NCBI GenBank assembly: GCA_030704615.1
Contig: CM060731.1
Location: forward strand, 94,240,001 to 94,304,000
From: Takakia lepidozioides
Lineage: Eukaryota > Plantae > Bryophyta
DNA length: 64,000 nucleotides
Reading direction: 5' to 3'
Shown here: positions 58,071-64,000 of the stretch, piece by piece
Layout of the letters: every line of letters begins with the position of its first letter
Position numbering within the stretch: the first letter of the stretch is position 1
Made by a program: the position numbers and the translations under genes
Notes under the pieces: generated by a model
What the model saw: only the letters and a program-made list of their open reading frames with translations
What the model was told of the DNA's origin: nothing
Databases searched by the model: none

Positions 58071-59849
58071 AGATGGATCAACAGCTACAAGAAACCTGCA
58101 TGGGTAGATGGTGACTGGTCAACTAGAAGCCGCAGCAGCAGCGGCACAATGATAAACTCAGGCACTGGTAATGAAAGCACCTTCTTCAACACATTTCACC
58201 CTGTTTTTCCCTCTTATCAGAATCGGCCCTAAATTTTCATGTTGAATTCTGCAAGTTAGCTGGTTGAGTGAGCCTTTGATAGTTTGGAGCGACTTTGACA
58301 TGGTACTGCCAATGTGACAACAGGGAAGTATCCAAAAACAGGTAACAGCTGAGACGAGGAGAAGCTGTGGAATGAATACTTTTCTGACCCCAGTCAATGG
58401 TGGGACAACTGAGGTAAAATCTTCATGAACTTAAGGCATGAGTGGCTGATTGTTTCATTTCGAACCTGATATGCTTTGAGCCTGGTTCCGGAGATTTATC
58501 TCCAGACCTGCAATCTGCTTTTGTGATGAGTTTACAATCTGCATATATGGTGGTAAATGTTATATATCAAACCAAGGTTTTTTCCTAAATGTGAATGACC
58601 TGGAAACCTTGTTAGAAAGATGAATGGCTTACGAATTGGACTATGTATGGCTTGACCCATGGATTAAATTTCAAAGGGTTAGAACATGTGTTAGGGTTTT
58701 AATACTGAATGGATGTGGGACATTGCTAGGGCGCCAGAGCATGACATTCCATGCATTCACGCCATTGGATTCCAAACTTTTTTTGGTACGTTGGACCAAG
58801 GTTTTTATGCATTCACGAACTGCCGACCTTGCTTGTTGCCCGGTTGACCTTATTTCCATAATTGCTAACTTTGTGGGGTGGAGGGGCTTGTGTTAGGCTG
58901 CAACTGGAGGCACCTCTCCATGCAGCAGTTTTCGTACTAGAGGTGAGCATGCATGCACCTGTTGGCTATCAGTTCTATACAATGTGGCCATTTACATGTT
59001 GGGTACTTCAAACTATTAGTAGATGCATTGCTAAATGTAACTGCTAAGGGGTGTTGGGCGTGATGTTTGCAGGCTGAGAAAGCCACTCTTGATATTGCCA
59101 CTGACAGTGCACCAACTACGGCGCCTTCAAAGGCAACCCCCAATATCAACTCGCTGCCACAGTGGCAGATATTCTTATGCTACCAAAAGTACTCTGCACT
59201 TTGAGTGATTGCTTATACTGGACGGTCCTCATTATCTAGTTTTCAATGTACATGTAAGTCTTTATGGGTTGATTAATGTGGGTTTTATGGTGGGTGCTGT
59301 GTGCAGTTAAAGTTGAAGGACAAAATCAGCCTGTATGATCATCATTTACCACGACACAGGGCTAATTGTCACTGGTGTGCCTGGCAAAGACACATATCAC
59401 TGCCGTGTTGTACCTGAAGGATTGTGGCGGGTTGAGGTGTCTAAAGCAGGCAGGAGATCAAAAAACAAACAGAAGCAGAAGTGACCAGAAACCCTTACAG
59501 TTTGTGGAACGGCATCCAAGATTTGGCATTCAACAAAGCAAAACACAATGGGTTTGCTGAGGGTAGAGAGGAGTTTATCAAGTGAATAAAGCTACCAAAT
59601 ATCCGTTAGGACGCCGCTGCAATGAAGGATTCTCCAGAAAGCACAGCAGCAGCCTATCTGCCAGCTCGTGGAGTGAAGATATCAGCATGGGAGCAACAAA
59701 TGCGGCGGCAGTCACATCTCCCAGGAGATTAACAACCAAAGAATCATGCTGCCAAATCGTAAGGCCGCCATCACACAGCTCCAGGAAACTTAGAAGCCCA
59801 AGTGTCGGGCTATTTAGGTTTAGAGAGGCGATCAAAACAGGTATCCCCG

Positions 59850-62800
59850 CGATTTCATCCGAATTGGATGGAAAATCGCACATAGTTGATAGATCATTTT
59901 CGCAGGATTTCATCCAGCAGGGATGATTTTCATAGGTTTCCAGGATGTCATCCGGTATGGATGACATCCGACATGGATGAAAAAACCAGCCATTCATCAG
60001 GTTTTAAGCAGTATAGCCTATTTTGGCAAAAATATCAACCTGTCCAGTAATCATCCAGCCAGGTTATTCACAAGGTTTCCATCCAGTATGGATGAAACCC
60101 TAAAAGATTCGTTAGGGATTATAAAAATTTCCAAACTAGATAGAGTTCTGGAAAAAAAGATTAAATCCCAAACAGATATCTGGAGAGAAGGAGAGAGAGG
60201 GACAAAGGGAGAGAGAGAGAAAGATGAGGGGAAAAAAAAAAAAAAATGTGGGGTGGGGGGAGTGACTGAGCTGCAGCTCCTCAGTCACTCCCCCACCCCC
60301 CAACCTTCTTTTTTATTTATTTTTCCTCAACACTCCCTCTCTCTCCCTCTCTCCCTCTCTCTCCACATCCTGATGGAAATAAAAAAAACTAGAAGGTTGG
60401 GGGGGGGGACTGAGCAGCAGCAGGGTCTGCTGCTGATGAGCCCCCCCCCCCCCCCCCGACCTTCTGGTTTTTTTTTTTTTTTTGTGAGCAGCACAAAAGA
60501 GAGGGAGACAGAGGGAGAGAGGGGGAGAGTGCTGAACAGCGAGGGAGAGGGAGAGAGGGAGGAGGGAGGGAGAGAGAGCTCAGCCCCCCCACATGCTTTG
60601 TTTTTTTTTTAATCTGGAATCTAGAGGTTGTTTCCACGAAGGCCTAATGTCGGGTTTGCATGTCAGGTGCCAGGAATATGGGGAAAGAGAAGAAGTCCCT
60701 TGCCCCAAAGAAAGCCGCGGGGAACCCGTTTGCTATCCCGGAACGTGGGCTGGCACCTCACGGGCTACCAGCCCCATCGATAGCCGTGTCCAGAGGGTTC
60801 GCCCCGCAACCTGAGGTTGAAAAATGGTATTCCGCGACGCCTAGGGGTGATAGCCCATGGCCCCCACCCCATCGGCTACCGACGCCCGGACGTCGCAAAT
60901 GACTTGCTGCCACGTGTTTCCACCAGGCACTTCCAAAAAAAAAACAATCAGCGACGCCGAGCCGCCGCCCCACACAACGCCGTCGGCTGGAGGGCAGCGA
61001 CAGCCTGGTGTCGCTAGCAGGAGATCCTGCCAATGTTGTGGATCGCCAAAAAGCGACGTCGGGGCGTCGCCCGGGAGGGAGCGACCCCCATACGTCGCAA
61101 AATAGTGACAATATTCTAGCCACGGCCCTGCGACTGGATGGCGACGTCTGGCCATCGCAATTTGGGGCTTCTACCCCGCCCCAAAAGGAGGCTTTAGCCA
61201 CGCCGCGGCGTCGCAACGGAGTCACTAACCAAGTGCAATCTCCTATGTATCCAAGGGCGTCTCCTATGTCGAGGCCTATCTAAGTCCAAGTGCAATCTTC
61301 TCTATATCCAAGTGCATCTCCCGTGTAGAAGCCCAAGTGTCCAGTGTCATCTAAGTCCAAGTGCAATCCCTATGTATCCAAGTACGTCTCCCATGTCCAG
61401 GCCCAATTTATTTTTTTCCATGAATTTATTGAGTGGTAATATATCAATATATCTCCCGTCGAGGCTCCAATCATTGTTCCCCACTTTAATAATATAACCA
61501 ATCATTATTGTTGTCGAGGCTCCAATCATGTAGCTTGTGCCGTTGGCCCAAGTGTCCAATGTCATCTAAGTCCAAGTGCATCAATATATGAAGCAAGCCA
61601 TATCTAATCATTTTTTTCCACAGAGCCTACGACCAGATTTGGACTGGAGACCTTACCCTTGATATCTCTCATGTTCTGGCTCCAATCATTGTCCAACGAC
61701 CAAAAGTACTTGAAATTCGTTTTAGCCATATCTCATCATTTTTTTTCAACAAAGCCTACGACCATATTTGAGATGGAGACGTTTCCCTTGAAATCTCTCC
61801 TGTCGAGGCTCCAACCTTTGTCCCAGGAATGCCCACTTTGCTATTTTTCCCGAATTTCCAGCGACCAAAAGTACTTGAAATTCCGTATCTCCCATACCGT
61901 AGGTCCAAAAATCATGAGACCAAGCCGGTGCACCCCTCCTCGTTGAGGGCTTTCCAACGGTACCAAGCACCAGGGCTGGGGCCCCACGATTCGGGACATC
62001 TCAACGCTACATGACAAAATAAACAAAACAAAACAAAACAAACGTCTCGCTAATCATCAATGTCTCCTATCGAGGCTCAAATCATTGTTGCAGGAAAACC
62101 CACTTTTCTATTTTAGCCTGTGTCGTTGGCTCAATTGTCCAGTGTTATCTATGTCCAAGTGCAATCTCTTATGTATCCAAAGACCCCAATGTTTGGGAGA
62201 TCTAGGGTAGCATGTGCCATTGGCCCATGTGTGAAGAATTGAAATCTAAGCCCAAGTGCAATCTCTTATGTATCCAAGTGCTTCTACCATGTAGATGCCC
62301 TGCGACCTCCGGTCTCCAATGTCACCTAAGTCCAAGGACAATCCCCTATATATCTAGAGACCCTCCTGTTTGGGAGATCTAGGCCTAGGGTAGCCTATGC
62401 CATTGGCACATGTGTGAAGAATTGAAATCTAAGCCCAAGTGCAATCTCCTAATATGTATCCAAGTGCGTCTCTCATGTAGAGGCCCAAGTGCGACCTCCA
62501 ATGTCCAATGTCATCTAAGTCCAAGTGCAATCCCCTATGCATCCAGAGAACCTGCAGTTTGGGAGATCTCCAAGTCATTGTTCCAACAAAGCCCACCTAT
62601 TTTTGCAAGGTCATTGTTCCAACAAAACCCACTTTGCTATTTTTGCAATCTCCCCTATCGAGGCTTAATATATTGATATATCCACTTTGCTATTTTTCAC
62701 GAATTTCCAACGACCAAAAGTACTTGAAATTCCAAATCTCCCACGTGAAGGGCCAATCACTCCTCCAAGAAAGCCCACTTTGCTATTTTTCCCGAATTTC

Positions 62801-63088
62801 CAACGACCAAAAGTACTTGAAATTCCAAATCTCCCAAGTGAAGGGCCAATCACTGCTCCAGGAGAGCCCACTTTGCCATTTTTCCAAAATTTCCAACGGC
62901 ACCAAGCACCCAAGCACCGGCCCGCGGTTTGGGAGATCTCAAGGACGCTACAAAACAAACATCTCCCTTGATATATTGATTGCATCTAGATGACTGACAG
63001 TCATCCTTATGGATGTCATCCAAGAATCTCCATTATGTCCACTGAGGCTGACCGGCTACAGGCCGTAGCCGGTCAGGGAATCCCTTGT
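59850..63088 (+). mobile_element. Probable non-autonomous Helitron-like repeat (5' boundary uncertain)
   Basis: A perfect 12-bp GC-rich hairpin at 63048-63076 is followed after 7 nt by CTTG|T (a CTAG variant). Internal arrays: AAGTCCAAGTGCAATC motifs and 93-bp units at 62682/62775/62868. GTCATCC..ATGGATG motifs occur near both ends. Confidence 0.55.
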
Positions 63089-63571
63089 CGCGCTGGTCTA
63101 GGCTCCCCGTCTACCTAGTCCAGGTGGATTGTCCTGTTCAGAATATTTATATTAGAAAGGCACATTCTAAGTTGTACCCTCTACCTTAGTCCATGTGGAT
63201 TGTCCTGTTAGAACTAATATTACATTAGAAAGGCACATACTAAGTTGTATCCAGGCCGAATATGTTTTGATGGAAAAAATATTGGGACAAAAATTTCTCC
63301 ATTTATATGTCAAACTGGAAAGTTACTAAATTGATTCTTCAGCTGACAGGAAATTCACTGCGAAAATAATTTGGACAATAAGCAAAACAGTAGCTTTTGA
63401 GCAAACCAGTCAGCAGTCAACTGACCCAGCACTCCTTCCACATCAAGCTAAGCTACATACTTTGGCCATGTGCAAAAATCTCGCTATCAACTTTGCAAAA
63501 ATCATGCTAAGAGTACTGCTGCATACACAGAACACTTCCAGATTATTCTTTCTGTTGAAGTGCACATCCAG

Positions 63572-63987
63572 TCAGGGAGCCAAGCCTCCCAAATTCAACT
63601 GATTTAAAACCTCAAATGCTGGAACAATGTCTATTGGAACCTGCATTTATCATAAGAAAATAAATGTTAGAATGTTGCCAACAAGTGAAGAGAAAACTCT
63701 GTGCCACACTGCCAAATTCCTAAGTTCGCAGCAGGAAATAAAATGTACCGGATCTGGTGGAGCACAGGTGGATTGCATGCACCTGAATGAAAACGCAGCC
63801 AGTCACACTGGCCTTGATGTTAAGCTTTTATCAATGTTACCTGGACATCTTGGAGACAGGCGAAAGCTTGCTGCAACTGTGGCGTTAAGGTCACGTACTT
63901 CTCCAACAAAGCTTGGGCTGCGGACTTATCCCCAGTAGCCTCTATTGTCAAAATCTTTCTGCTCAACTCCTCCACGCTATCTCTGAC
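63572..63987 (-). CDS. NUDX3: Last two exons of Nudix hydrolase 3 / dipeptidyl-peptidase III (M49) fusion protein; gene continues beyond the window
   Basis: Exon 63841-63987 VRDSVEELSRKILTIEATGDKSAAQALLEKYVTLTPQLQQAFACLQDVQ, GT-AG intron 63641-63840, and exon 63572-63640 VPIDIVPAFEVLNQLNLGGLAP*. Matches the plant NUDX3 C-terminus (VESLS.EILTIQ..GDK.AA..LL.KY...VPVDI.P.F). Confidence 0.88.
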
Positions 63988-64000
63988 CTGCATGCATTGA

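Larger units (their letters stand above)
50322..59440 (+). mobile_element. Pack-CACTA copy B (5' TIR, TnpD remnant, PPR array, PDF exons, TnpA-like exons), 3'-truncated
   Basis: CACTAGAAGAAAAA at 50322 with AACCACT/AGTGGTT subterminal repeats; inverted homology to copy A. Confidence 0.8.

Noticed and set aside
63627-63938. Plus-strand 103-aa ORF
   Set aside because: It is an antisense shadow of the NUDX3 exons and intron.

Overview
Eukaryotic, transposon-saturated DNA from a plant. A non-seed plant, probably a bryophyte, is inferred from the PLS-type PPR debris, the Gypsy lineages and an LRRC9-like LRR exon. Almost the whole window is nested, decayed mobile DNA: several Ty3/Gypsy families, a MULE-type DNA transposon, two inverted copies of a PPR-carrying Pack-CACTA, a probable Helitron, and a mosaic of host-gene exons. 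The only apparently intact host gene is the 3' end of a Nudix-hydrolase-3/DPP-III (NUDX3-like) gene at the right edge. The main signal is two unrelated DNA-methyltransferase genes carried by transposons. (1) A spliced, beta-class amino (N6-adenine/N4-cytosine)-type MTase-fold gene (21689-~23685, minus) lies divergently from a SWIM-finger MULE transposase, inside a shared 14-bp terminal inverted repeat (21406-33125). (2) A decayed DNMT3-like C5-MTase lies directly downstream of the protease of an LTR retrotransposon (1-2300, minus). Other features: a Gypsy family with conserved extra ORFs at both ends, a circularly permuted 8-kb block, an in-place inversion of a protease domain, and a ~5-kb inverted pair of PPR-triplet satellites joined to OSB/PDF motifs. 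All domain calls were made by eye from motifs; no database search was run.
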